From contig OX597827.1 of assembly GCA_951406725.2 (NCBI GenBank), positions 25,234,001 to 25,298,000 on the forward strand: 64,000 nucleotides of DNA, written 5' to 3'. Position numbers and translations under genes: made by a program. Source of the stretch: Octopus vulgaris (Eukaryota). The number at the start of each line of letters is the position of its first letter. Position 1 is the stretch's first letter. Positions 25,489 through 37,560 of the stretch are shown one piece after another. The notes beneath the pieces are model-generated. The model did no database searches, was not told the DNA's origin, and worked only from the letters and a program-made list of their open reading frames with translations.

Positions 25489-28400
25489 TCACGAATGCTT
25501 TTTAGCAATTGACATTTGGTGCATGAGAGAGTTTGAAGCAGCTGCCCTCATCTGCACCTCCTGCCGTGAAGTTGGTTCATCTGGGACACCTGACAAGAAG
25601 AGATCCAGTTTTATTTTAAAGACATCTGCATCCACCCCGTGCAGGTCTCTTAGGTTCTTCGGGAGGATATTGAAGAGCTGTGGGCCTCGGAAGCCCAGGC
25701 TATCACAGTATCTTGTCCTACATCTTGATGGCAAATTTGGAGTCCTTGGCACTATGCAGTGGCGCCCAGTTCTGGCATTTGTGTAACTCTCGATGCCAAA
25801 GTTTGGGACAAGTCCTTCTAGGATCTTCCAGATGTATATTATGGCATATCTTTCTCGCCTACGCTCTAAGGAATAGAGTCTCAATCTCTTGAGTCTTTCC
25901 CAATAGCTTATATGCTGCACAGAGACTATCTTCTTCGTGTAGCTTCGTTGGATCGCCTCAAGTTCTGTGATTAACTTGACACTAGATGGTGACCATAGCT
26001 GAGAGCAATAGTCAAAGTGGCTTAGGACAGGTGTCCTCCAGAGGACCATCATGGTTTCCTGGTCTCTTATTCTAAAGGTTCTAGAATCCATCTGGTCAGC
26101 CGCCTACATTTCATTGCCAATTTAGCAACATGCACATGAAAGGTTGCATCATCACTCATGTAAATACCCAGGTCTCGCACTGATTGTGCCTCTGGGATTG
26201 CAATCCCTCCAGGTCCAGTGTATTTATTGGGTATTGCATGTAGTTTTGCATGCTGATAGCATAAAGCTTGAAACTTTTCAGCATTGAACTGCATGCTATT
26301 CTTTTCAGCCCACTTGTATATTTTGTCCAGCTCACATTGCAGGTGCTTAGTGTCTTCAGGGTTTCTGTATTGCCTGTGAAACTTTTGTATCATCTGCATA
26401 ACTTGTGATCGTGGCTCTCTGCGTGGCTGAGGGCATGTCTGAGAGGGCCATTATAAACAGTAGTGGTCCCAAAACAGTGCCTTGCGGAACACCGCTCACT
26501 ATTTGCGTGTTAATGGAAGTGGCTACTACCACCTGACTTCTATCCTTCAGAAAGTCATGAAGCCATTCTCCCAATTTTCCAACTATGCCAAGATCACGCT
26601 GTTTGTGACATATCATTCCATGATCGACTTTATCAAAGGCCTTTGCAAAGTCGAGATATATGACTTCCACATTTGCGTGGTTGAGCAGTCGTTTCAGCAC
26701 CCAGTCATAGTGTTGTAGGAGCTGAGTTAAGCAGCTTCTTCCTGGTCGGAAACCATGCTGGGTGTCAGGCAGCAAGTCATTTTCTTCAAGGAAGGTGATT
26801 AGTTTCCTTCTGACTATTCGTTCCATGACCTTGCTGATGTGTGATGTCAGAGAGATAGGTCTGTAGTTCTTGGCCTCCGCTCTGCTACCTCCTTTATGAA
26901 TAGGTCATATTTTACCTTCCTTCAGTTTTCTTGGAAGTTTGCCAGTTGCAAGGAAGCTCTGAAAAAGGAACTGTAGTGGTCTTGCTAGGACTCTCTTACA
27001 TACTTTTAGAAGGATTGCTGGGAATCCATCGGGGCCAGTAGCTGAGTTTGTTTTCATTTCATCAATAGCCTTTATTACATCGTCTTCCTTTATATTGATG
27101 TAATCAATCATCGCTGCCTCTGATTTTATATCTGCAGTGGTAAAAAGTCAGTTGGATTGCTGACTTGAAAATGTCCTACTCTTGAATTGCTCATTTAGTA
27201 TTTCACTTACCCTCATTGGATTTCCTGTGAGTGTGCCGTCCTTTTCAAGGAGTGGCCCTATCCTACAGTGCACCGTAGCTGTTTCTTTGGCAGACCTGTA
27301 GAAAGCTCTGGGGTTAGATTTTATGTTGTCTATAGCCCAGGCTTCATTGTCTGCTCTTTCCTTTTCATGGGAGAGTTGCAGACATTTTTCAATTTCCAAC
27401 AGTTTTATTTTCAGGCGGGACTTTTCACTGCTTTCAATTTGTTTGTTTAGGCGATTTGAAACTTTTGTACGCCGTCTCATTAGAATTTTCCTCTCTCTGG
27501 GGATGGATTTTGCTCTTGTGTACAGTGGCCTTTCTCTCTGGGACCCATTTGTAGCATATGGCTTGCATTACAGACATGAATTGTTGAAGATTCATGTCGA
27601 TGTCTGGCGAGGAGAGACATTCAGGCCAGTTTTGTTTGAGGATCTCTTTCTCAATTTGTTTCCAGTTTGCCTTATGGAAGTTCAAGCTGGAAAGATTCTG
27701 AGAGTTTCTTGTAGGCTGCATGTCCATGCTTTCCTTTGGCCCGTACATGGTCAGCTCTACCATGTTGTGATCCGAGAGTAGTGTCGGTGTCACTTTCACA
27801 TTACGGATGAGATCCATATCATTTGTGAAGCAGAGATCCAGTATGTTACCTGCCCTGGTTGGTTGGAGTATTACTTGCTCCATGTACAGAGCGTTGATGA
27901 GGTTCAGGAGGGACCTCGTCTGTCCTCGTTCGCATCGTGTCATTCCTTGGAGAGAAAGGCCCTCGGGGCATCTGACATTGGGTAGATTGAAGTCTCCCAT
28001 AAGATGTACACTTATGTGTTGTTCTAATGTGACTAGAACTTCTATTTTTATAAAGCAGTCTTCAAACTTGCCTACATGGCTTGGGGCATCTGGAGGGCGA
28101 TATGTAGCACATATAACTACACCAAGTTGCCTTATATGTACAATTAGTGTGTCACACACCGAATTCGAGTATGACAAAAGGCCCTGGGGTGTGAGGTCCT
28201 CACGGATGTACATAGCAACTCCTCCACGACCACTTTCTTTTCTGTCGGTCCGTAGTACAACATACTGCGGTATGTGTATTTCCGCATCTGCTATGTCCGG
28301 TTTCAGGTGTGTTTCCGTAAGTGCTATGCATAAGGCTTGATTGCATGCAACAAAGTCTCTCAAGAACGGGATTTTTGTCCTGTTACTGAGTGTTAGCAGT

Positions 28401-28507
28401 CCTCTGATGTTCAGTAGGAGCATCGAGGTGATGTGTATACTGTTGCCGGCGGTGTCCACCTTGGGTCTATTTGCTGTGGCGGTCTTGTGTATTGTGGATA
28501 GTCCCAT
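25489..28507 (-). pseudogene. LINE ORF2 (APE endonuclease plus reverse transcriptase), about 5 frameshifts
   Basis: Endonuclease motifs LNIRGL, LTETHL, YRPP, GDFNLP, LDLCFTN, SDH. RT motifs ATGPDG, QHGFRPGRSC, YLDFAKAFDKVDH, GVPQGTVLGPLLF, YADDT. C-terminal SYWERLKRLRLYSLERRRER is typical of the CR1/L2 group. Confidence 0.95.
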
Positions 28508-29190
28508 CTGCGAGTTTGAGTTTGATGGAGCCAGGTTAGCTGCTGTACAATCTTTTGTGCCATGTACAAAAAAGATTCTTGTTCAGCAGCTGCCCTTTCA
28601 ATAACATGTTGGCGGTTTGTAGCACGCACCACATCTGCGTACCTCCGTTTTGGGGCAGGTGGTGCGTGGTCCATTCCTTTTCCTTTTGGTAGTTGGTTTC
28701 TGACCTGTTTCATGTTTATGTGGCAGGGTCTTTCATGTGAAAAACGGCAGCCTGCACCTTCCTCTCCATGCCAGCAGACACCTTTCAGGTAGAATTTACA
28801 CATTCGTGTGCGCTGTCTGTTTCTATCCTTTTTGGTACATGGATAGTCAGGTTTGCTTCTATCCTTGGCTGTTTCATCTTTTGGTTTTGTTTGACTTTTA
28901 GTTCTTCCTTCTTTGGCTGTTTCATCTTTTGTTTTTCTTTTTGTTTTTCTTTTTTGGCCCTTTCATCTCCATGGTTTTGGCGTTTGGTGCTGGTAGGAGC
29001 ACTTGCTCTTGGGTTTACTTCCCGGGCAGGTTTCTCACTTGAATCTTCTTTGTTGTTGTCCTGGGTGTCTACCAACTGGGGGTGACATCTTTCATCAGCA
29101 TCCGCGCCTCCATCCTTGACATCTTTACTTTGTTCGTTGTCAAAGATGGCATCAAGCGTGCCAATGTGAGATCTTATGAGTGCATAGGAG
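28411..29190 (-). pseudogene. LINE ORF1 remnant with CCCH zinc finger
   Basis: CKFYLKGVCWHGEEGAGCRFSH, with a Lys/Glu-rich segment upstream in another frame. That frame stays open to the TA tract, implying 5' truncation. Overlaps the ORF2 ATG at 28507. Confidence 0.8.
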
Positions 29191-29192
29191 CG

Positions 29193-29284
<92 letters not shown>

Positions 29285-29544
29285 AATATATATTAATAAG
29301 GATAAGATCGTTATTTAAATATCGAACTTATGTGGCCAGCATGGGAATAAACACCTTCAAAGGTAATAATTATTATTAAAACTATAATTTAGTGTATCTA
29401 AAAGTTACCTCCACGCTTGAAAAGTTTATTTTGTCTTTTTGCCTTCTCTCCTGGTGCAGTATGAAATTTTAATGTGGTTTTAGAGTCAAGTTTTGGCTGC
29501 TATCTCAAGCCTGGTGGTATCTCTTAGATACCCTACATTCTAAT

Positions 29545-29730
29545 TTGTCCCCTCACCCGTCACTGTTTGATAACTTCATGGAAGTATTTACACCCCATAA
29601 CTTAACAGTTCAGTAAAAGAAAACGATAAAGTAAAAAAAATAAATACTGGGGTCAATTCGTTCGTCCAAGAATTCGTCAAGGCGGTGCCCCTGCATGGCT
29701 GCAGTCTGGTGAAACAGATAGGGGATAAAA
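29545..29730 (+). mobile_element. SINE family A 3' half, diverged
   Basis: ataacttaacagttcagtaaaaga ... aaggcggtgcccctgcatggctgcagtc. Confidence 0.7.
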
Positions 29731-30109
29731 GATTAATAAAAAATCAAAATCAAAAGAAGTTAGAAAAATTAGAAGCTAAGATTTCTTTTCGCCAAAACAT
29801 ATTGTGATGTATGACGTAAGCTGTGTCGGAGCATCAGTAGAAGCCTAACAAAACATTACGGTTTAGAAAGTCCATCTAATGATCTCTCCAATCTTAATGA
29901 TGTTTTAGTTTAATCTATATGAAATCCCGAAGCCATGCAAGTGTATTTTCTCAATGAAGAGTTGTTTCAGCGGTAATGTTTATTTTGAACGCTAAAGAAA
30001 TTGCTACGCGTCTCACCGAAGTACATCAACCTCACCTTGTAACCGACACGAACCACGTTGGATGACGACATTTCTCGTTGTAGTTTGAAACCAGAAGAGG
30101 TCAAGTAGT

Positions 30110-30112
<3 letters not shown>

Positions 30113-30142
<30 letters not shown>

Positions 30143-30228
30143 AAGAAGAAGAAGAAGAAGAAGAAGAAGAAGAAGAAGAAGAAGAAGAAGAAGAAGAAGA
30201 AGAAGAAGAAGAAGAAGAAGAAGAAGAA
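30113..30228. repeat. (GAA)n microsatellite
   Basis: Read directly. Confidence 0.97.
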
Positions 30229-30263
30229 GGGATTGAATGAATATGGTTAAGCATTCAATTTTA

Positions 30264-30652
30264 TCTATATATAAGGCTGAAGTTGTCTGTGTATGGCGGG
30301 TTTGGTGGCCTTCAACTAACACTATCTCCTCCGAGACCCTGCGGCGCAAGTTGACCAAAATTGAGGGTTTGATAGAAAAAGGCTTGTTCTTCATTCGGTA
30401 CGAGAAAAAATTCAAATCGGAGCGTGTTAGCACCAAAAGTTATTTACATAAAAAAGTGGGGTTTTTTTCTATGAAAATCCCTATTTTTTACGAATTTTTG
30501 ACTACTGTGTCGCCATTTTTCGGTGTATTTCAACCAGGAAAATGTCCACTTAAAGAGAATAACAAGCTACATAATGCAAAAGTTTTACTTTTCAAAAATT
30601 CCAATTCTAAAGTGTTGAAACAAACCGGAGCAACGCCGGGCGATACTGCTAG
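30264..30652 (+). mobile_element. Non-autonomous Helitron
   Basis: A|TCTATATAT ... ccggagcaacgccggg hairpin ... CTAG|T, with no TSD. A second copy lies at 42920-43309. Confidence 0.88.
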
Positions 30653-30992
30653 TATTATACTATGGAAGACTGTAGGGAATATTTTTTTGTATGACTTAAA
30701 GGTTTGGTCGCTGTTTAGTTACATTTTTAGGAGTTGGTTATCGATTTACTTATTAAATTTATTCACCGATACTGCTGTACATAGGGTAAATGTGTTTGAA
30801 AGTTGTGGCCTTGGTATGTTTGTTCCCAAACAACACTTATTTTAGTGCTGTTGACACCGCCGGATTGAATGGTATTGCCCAGGTGTCAAAACCATAATGA
30901 TATCCATGGGGCAGCTGATGGTGGAGGTATGTTGGATTGTTGGTATGGCTGTTTTTCTATATGTGGAATAGTATTATAACACATCCTTTTCA

Positions 30993-31290
30993 TATATATA
31001 CATATAATAGGGATGACCACTAAGTGGATATCCATTAAGCTAGAAGTCGACTCCCTATGGTCTTACCACTAAGAAAGGAATGTTCTCAAGAAAATTAAGC
31101 AACATTCCTTTCTTAGTGGTACGACCATAGGGAGTCGACTTCTAGCATAATGGATATCCACTTAGTGGTCATCCCTCTTATATGTATGTAATATAATTTT
31201 TCTGTATCTTCAGATTTTTCTATATGCTAGACCATTAATTTTAAATTGATATTAATCAAATTAATATTCAATTTTCACCCTTATTATTTT
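30993..31290. repeat. About 90-bp-arm palindrome within a repeat related to the 36260 element
   Basis: About 31000-31084 and 31101-31187 are inverted. The reverse complement of 31101-31285 aligns with 36260-36442. Confidence 0.85.
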
Positions 31291-31469
31291 AAATATATAT
31301 ATATAAAACAAGCTAAAATAGCTGGTTTTAAAATGTCAGAAAGAGATTCAAGTCGGATGATACTAAGCACTAATGCTTGTTGCTACTTCTGCATGGCTGT
31401 TCCGTTGTTCCATGCAGAACTGTGTTGCTACATTTGAACTCCCAGGAAAACGTCTTTACCAGCTGTGTC

Positions 31470-32108
31470 TGATATATTGCGAGTAAGGGAGCGAACCACT
31501 CCTCTCCAGCGAGGCAAGATCGGTAGACCAGCTGGTTTCTGGGTGCGTACCCGTTCTCAGTGCTGGACGCTTGCCTGCTAGGGATGGCAATCATTCAGCC
31601 GTACTCACAATATATAAACAAATAAGTGACAATCAGGCGCTGGTTCGGCCAAGCCTGACCTTTCTTTCTTTGTTCGGCCGCCGTCTGTGCAACATCTATA
31701 TTCCTCTCTGTGCCTGTGAAATCTTGTATCCCTGCCGTAAGGCTTTACTTCCACACACGCCAGTTTAATTTAATTTGTCCTTAGTCAAAAGACACCTGTT
31801 GTAATGTCCTGTTATTTGTATTTGTGTAACATTCTCCGTCTTTTTTCCATCCTTGTTTTCGTATACATTCACTGCTTTCTTCCAAGGAATCTAATGCTCT
31901 TAGCTTAGTTTTCCCTTGGGGCTGGCCAGATTGGAGCAATCTCGAGTATAACCAGCCGAAAATGCAAAGATAATCTGGAACTCGACTGAGAAAAGAAAAT
32001 TCCGAATGACCCGTACTTGTTTTCTTTGTATCGTAGACATTTATGTTTTGTTGTTCCTTTTTTGCATCACCTAACTGTCGGATTGTTTTGCGTTCTTGTC
32101 CCATTTTG

Positions 32109-32112
<4 letters not shown>
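31470..32112 (+). mobile_element. Non-coding repeat family H2, second copy, ending at (TA)n
   Basis: The 3' 330 bp is homologous to 24960-25320. The 5' boundary is uncertain. Confidence 0.7.
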
Positions 32113-32159
<47 letters not shown>

Positions 32160-32161
<2 letters not shown>

Positions 32162-32368
32162 GTTGGAACTTACAAAAAAAAAACAAAAGAAAAGACAAGA
32201 CGGGTGTGTAAACAACAAACATGTATTAGTTTAACGCTCGGGAAGTGAGAAAGTCTTTTACGTTTCGAGCCTACGCTCTTCAACAGAAAGGAACATAGAA
32301 ATAAACAGAGAGAGAATATAAAAAAAAAGGTTTAGTGGCTAGCGACCAATCATGGCGAATGCCAGACA
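32160..32368 (-). mobile_element. Family H1 element with hammerhead variant at 32255-32290
   Basis: Minus: cttt-CTGTTGA-A-GAGC gtag GCTC-GAAA-CG-TA-aaag. Ends ...ccaac-tatata. Confidence 0.8.
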
Positions 32369-33756
32369 GAAAAAAACCTCAGCGTTCTTTGCGTTTTAGA
32401 ATTCACACATATCAAGCTATTCAGGGCATGAGATCACTTTGACAAAACATGTTTGCTCTAAGATGCGGCCAATCCAAGCAGACTGCAATACCGTTGTGAA
32501 AGCCTTGAGAAAGGAAAGTAAATAAAGGGCATTTAAACAGCGGTCTCAAAAAATAAAAAATGTCTCTAACACTGAAAACTATACCTGTAATTATCGGAGC
32601 TTTGAGGATACCAAATTGCGTTCTTAAATACGATGATCAAGTTCCATGAAACCCTAGAGTAGCAGAACTTAAAAAAGAAGAAAGAAGAAAAAAATTGTTT
32701 TCGTATGCACTGCCCATGTCCTACGAAAAACACTGTCAACCTTAGAATATCTCGATCTTTTAAATTCTTTCAAAATCGCAACTATTACAATGTTAATAAT
32801 CTTGTTACAATGATGATTATGAGACAATATGTAGCCTCTGTCATATTCTCTGTGAAAGGAAACGGAAAATTTCGATGAGTAACTGTTTGAATAAGGAAAC
32901 AGAAGCACTTCATATTGAAGTAACAAGAGATAAAAATAAGGACCGGCAGAGCTTCACTGTAATGCTCTTCTCTCAAATTAATTACTTCATCTACCTGTGA
33001 ATGGCTTCATTTGTAAAAATATATTTACACTCATTAAAATGAGAATATTTTCCTAAAATAATCTGGAAGAATTACATTAAATAATGGCAAAGAAAAAAAA
33101 TCCTATTCCCAATTTTAAATTAATTCCAAATTTAATAGGTTTCTTTTGTTGTCATGCAATGTTAATAATTGTTTTTATTCTACAAGTTATATATTTCCGT
33201 GAAATCTATATATTTACAAATGTAATAGAACCACTGGATTGTATGAGAGAGGAAGAGAAGGGGAGGAGAGGGAGATAGAGATAGAGGAGTAAAGAAGGAA
33301 ACAGAGAAGAGGAAGGAGAGGGGGAGAGAGAAAAATTATAATATGCTGAAGACAATTTTAAACACTAAGCCCACACGTAGTCCATTAAGAAGCTGCAAAT
33401 AACAGCCGAAACTCTTACAAAACACACCCTTAAATAAATACGGGTTCATTCTTTCTCACTTACTCTCTCTCACCCTCCCTCTCTCTCCTTCCTTTCCTCT
33501 TCCCCCCTCTCTCTCTATATATATGTAATGCAATATATAGATTCATAAAATGATGTAGTCGTCATAGAAAGCTCCTCTAGTGGACTCGGCTATCATACCA
33601 TATAGTAATCCAATACGGAGGAGTTTAATGCAGGGTTCTATGCAGTGAAATCCCGGAAATCCAGTCGATGAAATTATTTCATGCGGTGTATATAAACCGT
33701 AAAATGTCAAATGATATGAGAGGTGAATATATTTATTTAACCAACTGTTATCCTTA

Positions 33757-33913
33757 GGATTACAGCCATTTCGAAGCCGTTATCATGAAATAATAATTTC
33801 AGTGTATATTTAATTATTGTACATGACTGCATCAATATGCATGCTGCGCATTGTATGATACAATTGAACATTTAAAGATCAATGCAGATAATGAAGGCTT
33901 GCTCATCAGATCA
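33757..33913 (-). ncRNA. Type I hammerhead motif with extended stem-loop II
   Basis: Minus: gat-CTGATGA-GcAAGCC..TTATC......GATAAcGGCTTC-GAAA-tgGCTG-TA-atc. Confidence 0.65.
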
Positions 33914-34206
33914 TCAGAACATCAGGATTACTGAAATACTTGAATTCCTAACTCATAATATATGAAATAGAGATTAATGAGGCCAAGGCGAACAGCTCGG
34001 TGAGCACTCCAAGCGAAACCCCTTAACTAACAGAAGGTCAAGCGTAAATATTAAAATGAGTATCGGTTATATCCATCGGGTGATCCATACATGTTGTAAC
34101 TCCAAGGTTATTCAATGGCTGGTGCTTAATCGAAGGATATAATAACAATGAGAAAATGATTACGTTACATAGCTTTATTCAAAGTAATGTGTGTGTGTTG
34201 TGTGTG

Positions 34207-34239
<33 letters not shown>

Positions 34240-34457
34240 TTTGTGTGTGTTTGTGTGTGTGTGTGTGCGTGTGTGTGTGTGCGTGTGTGTGTGTAAATAT
34301 GCGTGTATATATGCATTCATCATTGACTTTATAAGAATTTATAGACATGAAGAGAATGCTACTATTTATAATTTTATCTGCTTCGAAATCCACCGTTCGA
34401 ATTTAAAGCAGTATTTCACGTTCTCTCGAAGTTTATTGCTTCTTATGACGTCAACAA

Positions 34458-34688
34458 CTTATTTCTTTACTACCCACAAGGGGCTAAACACAGAGAGGAC
34501 AAACAAGGACAGACAAACGGATTAAGTCGATTATATCGATCCCAGTGCGTAACTGGTACTTATTTAATCGACCCCGAAAGGATGAAAGACAAAGTCGACC
34601 TGGGCGGAATTTGAACTCAGAACGTAACGGCAAACGAAATACGGCTACGCATTTCGCTCGGCGTGCTAACGTTTCTTCCCGCTCGCCT
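34458..34688 (-). mobile_element. SINE family B (tail type 1)
   Basis: tatttctttactacccacaaggggctaaacacagag ... cggcgtgctaacgtttc. Confidence 0.92.
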
Positions 34689-35038
34689 AGGTGCAACGCC
34701 TATCATGGTTACAGCAGATGTTGGTTCGAATCCTCAGTGCAGCCTTAAACTTTTTCATTTAAAGTTTCTTTTTTAACCTGACTTTTACGCGCTATTTTTA
34801 TAGCCTAATCTGCTTCGGGATCCACAGTTCCAAAAGAAGCATATATATATGTATATATATATACGTTTAAATATTTGTTGTTCAAGATTTTTTATGTGAA
34901 GTCGTGTGTTGAAACAGATATTGTTATATTTCGGAATGGTCATTTTGCCAGTTTAGCCAATAAAAACACACGCACTATATATTTGGTGTTATTTTGCTTC
35001 ATTGTTATTTATTTTTTACATTAATCTTAATCTTATTT

Positions 35039-35084
35039 CGGCCAGAGTTCTTTCGTCACACTCCTGTGACCGCATCAGTGGTCC
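35039..35084 (-). ncRNA. Hammerhead-like motif 3' of a Penelope ORF remnant
   Basis: Minus: acca-CTGATGC-G-GTCAC aggagt GTGAC-GAAA-GAAC-TC-tggc. A9 is changed to C. Confidence 0.6.
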
Positions 35085-35440
35085 TTTGTTTTCTTCTTTC
35101 TTATTTGTGTCTCTCCTTACTAACCGTCAGCCATTTTGTATTTCTATTGCATGTCTTCATTTGCGCATGCTTATATCTCTATGTGCGTCTATGTTTATTT
35201 AGTGTGTGTATGTGGGGGGATGCCTGTAATATTTGTATTTTCTGTTTATATATGTTCATGTAATTTGTATTTTGTTTTTGTTGTTTTTGTTTATTCTTAT
35301 TTTGTTCATGTGTTCACATCCACTTATTATTATCATTACATATGCTTGTATGTATAACAACAATACTAGTAATAACAATAATAAATCGAATCGAAAAAAA
35401 TTATAAATAAAAAAATTAATTAAACAAATTAATTAAAAAA

Positions 35441-35542
<102 letters not shown>

Positions 35543-35574
35543 TATATAGTTATTTATTTCTATTAGTTTATTTA

Positions 35575-36205
35575 TCTGTGTATTTATTATGTTTTCAGGA
35601 TCCTCTTTCGTCATATGTTGTGGTGTGTTAGTGCTCCATTCTAGTTTTCTATTCAGGCTAGGTTTATTTTCTATTATGTGTGTAGCTTCTGTAATTTGTC
35701 TAATTGTTGCATTTGATCTATGTGTGGATAATATTTTAATTTCTATGTTATTGATTGACCCCCACCCCGTGTTCCTGTTCGGCGTGTTGGTACAGAATCG
35801 ATGAGCTTTTACCTTCCTTGAGTTGTCTCCAATGTTCATTTACCCGCTCTCCTATGCTTCTTGCCGTTTCCCCTACGTATGTCGTTGTCTTGTTACTGCA
35901 TCGTCCCTCTATACATCTTATACTATAGACTACATTTCTGGCTTTACAGTTTGTTTGTGGGCTAAATCTACATACTGTACAGTACTTATCCGTACAGGGG
36001 GTTCTACTAAAAGGATAGGTTCTACAAATTATAGATTTGATAGGGTTGCCTGGCTTTTCTACAACCTTAAATCTTAGCTTAAGTTTGTCTAGGGTCCTTC
36101 TAAAGCGGTACGCCAGTTCACCTCCAGGGGTGGTGTCAACGAACATGACACTCTGGTATTTATGGCTATCATACCAAGAGTTGGCCTTCCCTATTTTCAT
36201 TTTTG
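35575..36205 (-). pseudogene. Penelope-like (Neptune-type) GIY-YIG endonuclease region, one frameshift
   Basis: CTDKYCTVC..NCKARNVVYSIRC..TYVGETARSIGERVNEH..LYQH..EH, then RQITEA..PSLNRKLEW. The Cys-rich linker precedes the VVY/YVG motifs. Confidence 0.92.
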
Positions 36206-36257
36206 TCCTTTCTATAGTGTTCCATATATATATATGTGTGTGTGTGTGTGTATTTAA

Positions 36258-36947
36258 TTAATGAGGGAGATAAATTGAATATTAATATCAATTTAAAACC
36301 GGTAGCCTAGCCTACAAAAATCTGAAAAATCAGAGAAAATTCTAATACATGTGTATATTTAAAGGGCTAAAAAATCACTAAGTGGTCAGCCGTATGCTAG
36401 AAGTAGATCACCAACGATCAAACTACAAAGAAAAGAATGTTCTCTAGAGAAAAATTCAGCGGACACCAGAACAATATGCGGGCAAGACAGATGAAAATTA
36501 TATAAAAAAACAAGAATTGCTCGCAGACCGGCGGTTTCGCCTATTAACTAATGAATCACTTACGTAATCCCTCGTCTGTAGGCTCGTCAGTGCGATCGTT
36601 CCACAGGTAATATAATTTGTAAAACTAACCACCAGTTTTCCGTATAAAAACAGACACGTGCTTAGTTTCACCGATTACATTGGGGTTAATTTCAAATGTC
36701 TGAGTTCTGGCGCGCTAAAATTCCGGAAACAAAAACTGCAGCAAATAATTTACTGCAGTTAATACTGCCTATTAGAGAACATATTTATTTTAACATTTAA
36801 ATAATGAGGAAGATAAATTGAATATTAATTTAATTAATATCAAGTTAAAACCAGTAGCCTATCATACAAAAATCTGAAAAATCAGAGAAAATTCTAATAC
36901 ATGTGTATATTTAAAGGGTAGAATTTTCTCTGATTTTTCAGATTTTT
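36258..36947 (-). mobile_element. Pseudo-LTR-like unit: direct repeat, terminal inversion and hammerhead
   Basis: 36260-36366 is repeated at 36802-36918. 36919-36947 is the reverse complement of aaaaatctgaaaaatcagagaaaattcta. HHR lies inside. Confidence 0.8.
36521..36595 (-). ncRNA. Type I hammerhead ribozyme with intact core
   Basis: Minus: TCGCA-CTGACGA-GCCTA...TAGGC-GAAA-CCG c CGG-TC-TGCGA. Stems I, II and III all pair. Cleavage triplet is GUC. Confidence 0.9.
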
Positions 36948-37560
36948 GGTTTCAGTACCACTGCGTGGCACCGTGGGTAAATTTTTTTCTGCTACAGTCT
37001 TAGGCTGGCCAAAGTCTTAGAGTGGATTTGGCAGACGAAAACTGGAAGAAGACCGTCGTATATATATATACATATATATATATATATAATATAGTTAAGA
37101 TTCAGTTGAATTAGGTACTTCAATTGAGGCACCTTACCAGCTCGGTATAGACCGCATAGCTCCAAGTTAGGCGAACAAAATGTAAATAAATAACAAGGAT
37201 GTACAGGTGTCAATACATTATTGACTATTTTACCTCAAGCATAAAATAACGAAGGCGGCTTTACACAATATCAAGCCAAACAGGTGTCACTTATTGTGAC
37301 TGAGGTTGTGCGTGAGTGTGTGTGTGTTTGCGCGTGTATGCGTGTGTGTCTTTGCTTCTGTGTTTGTCCCTCACTGCCACCGCTTGACAACCGGTGTTGG
37401 TTTGTGTATGTCCCCGTAATTTAGCGGTTCCGCCAAACAGAGCGATAGAATAGGTGCCAGGCGTAAAGAGAAGGCAAATAATGAGGTCGATCCATTCGAC
37501 TAAAAGTTCTTTAAGGTGGTGCCCCAGCATGGCCACAGTCTAACGACAGAAGCAAGTAGT
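36948..37560 (+). mobile_element. SINE family A split by a 0.2-kb insert in its microsatellite
   Basis: 5' part 36948-37060 and 3' part 37360-37560. Confidence 0.75.

Larger units (their letters stand above)
25403..29192 (-). mobile_element. CR1-group LINE, 5'-truncated and frameshifted, flanked by (TA)n
   Basis: ORF1 remnant, APE-RT ORF2, and a short 3' UTR with a stem-loop and A-rich tail. Confidence 0.95.

Noticed and set aside
27323-29085. Plus-strand ORFs of 100-177 aa
   Set aside because: They are antisense shadows of the LINE ORFs.
30040-30112. Possible RTE C-terminus before the (GAA)n tract
   Set aside because: Similarity is too weak to support.
30237-30845. 202-aa ORF
   Set aside because: It runs through a non-autonomous Helitron into the flank, and the frame is not kept in the second Helitron copy.
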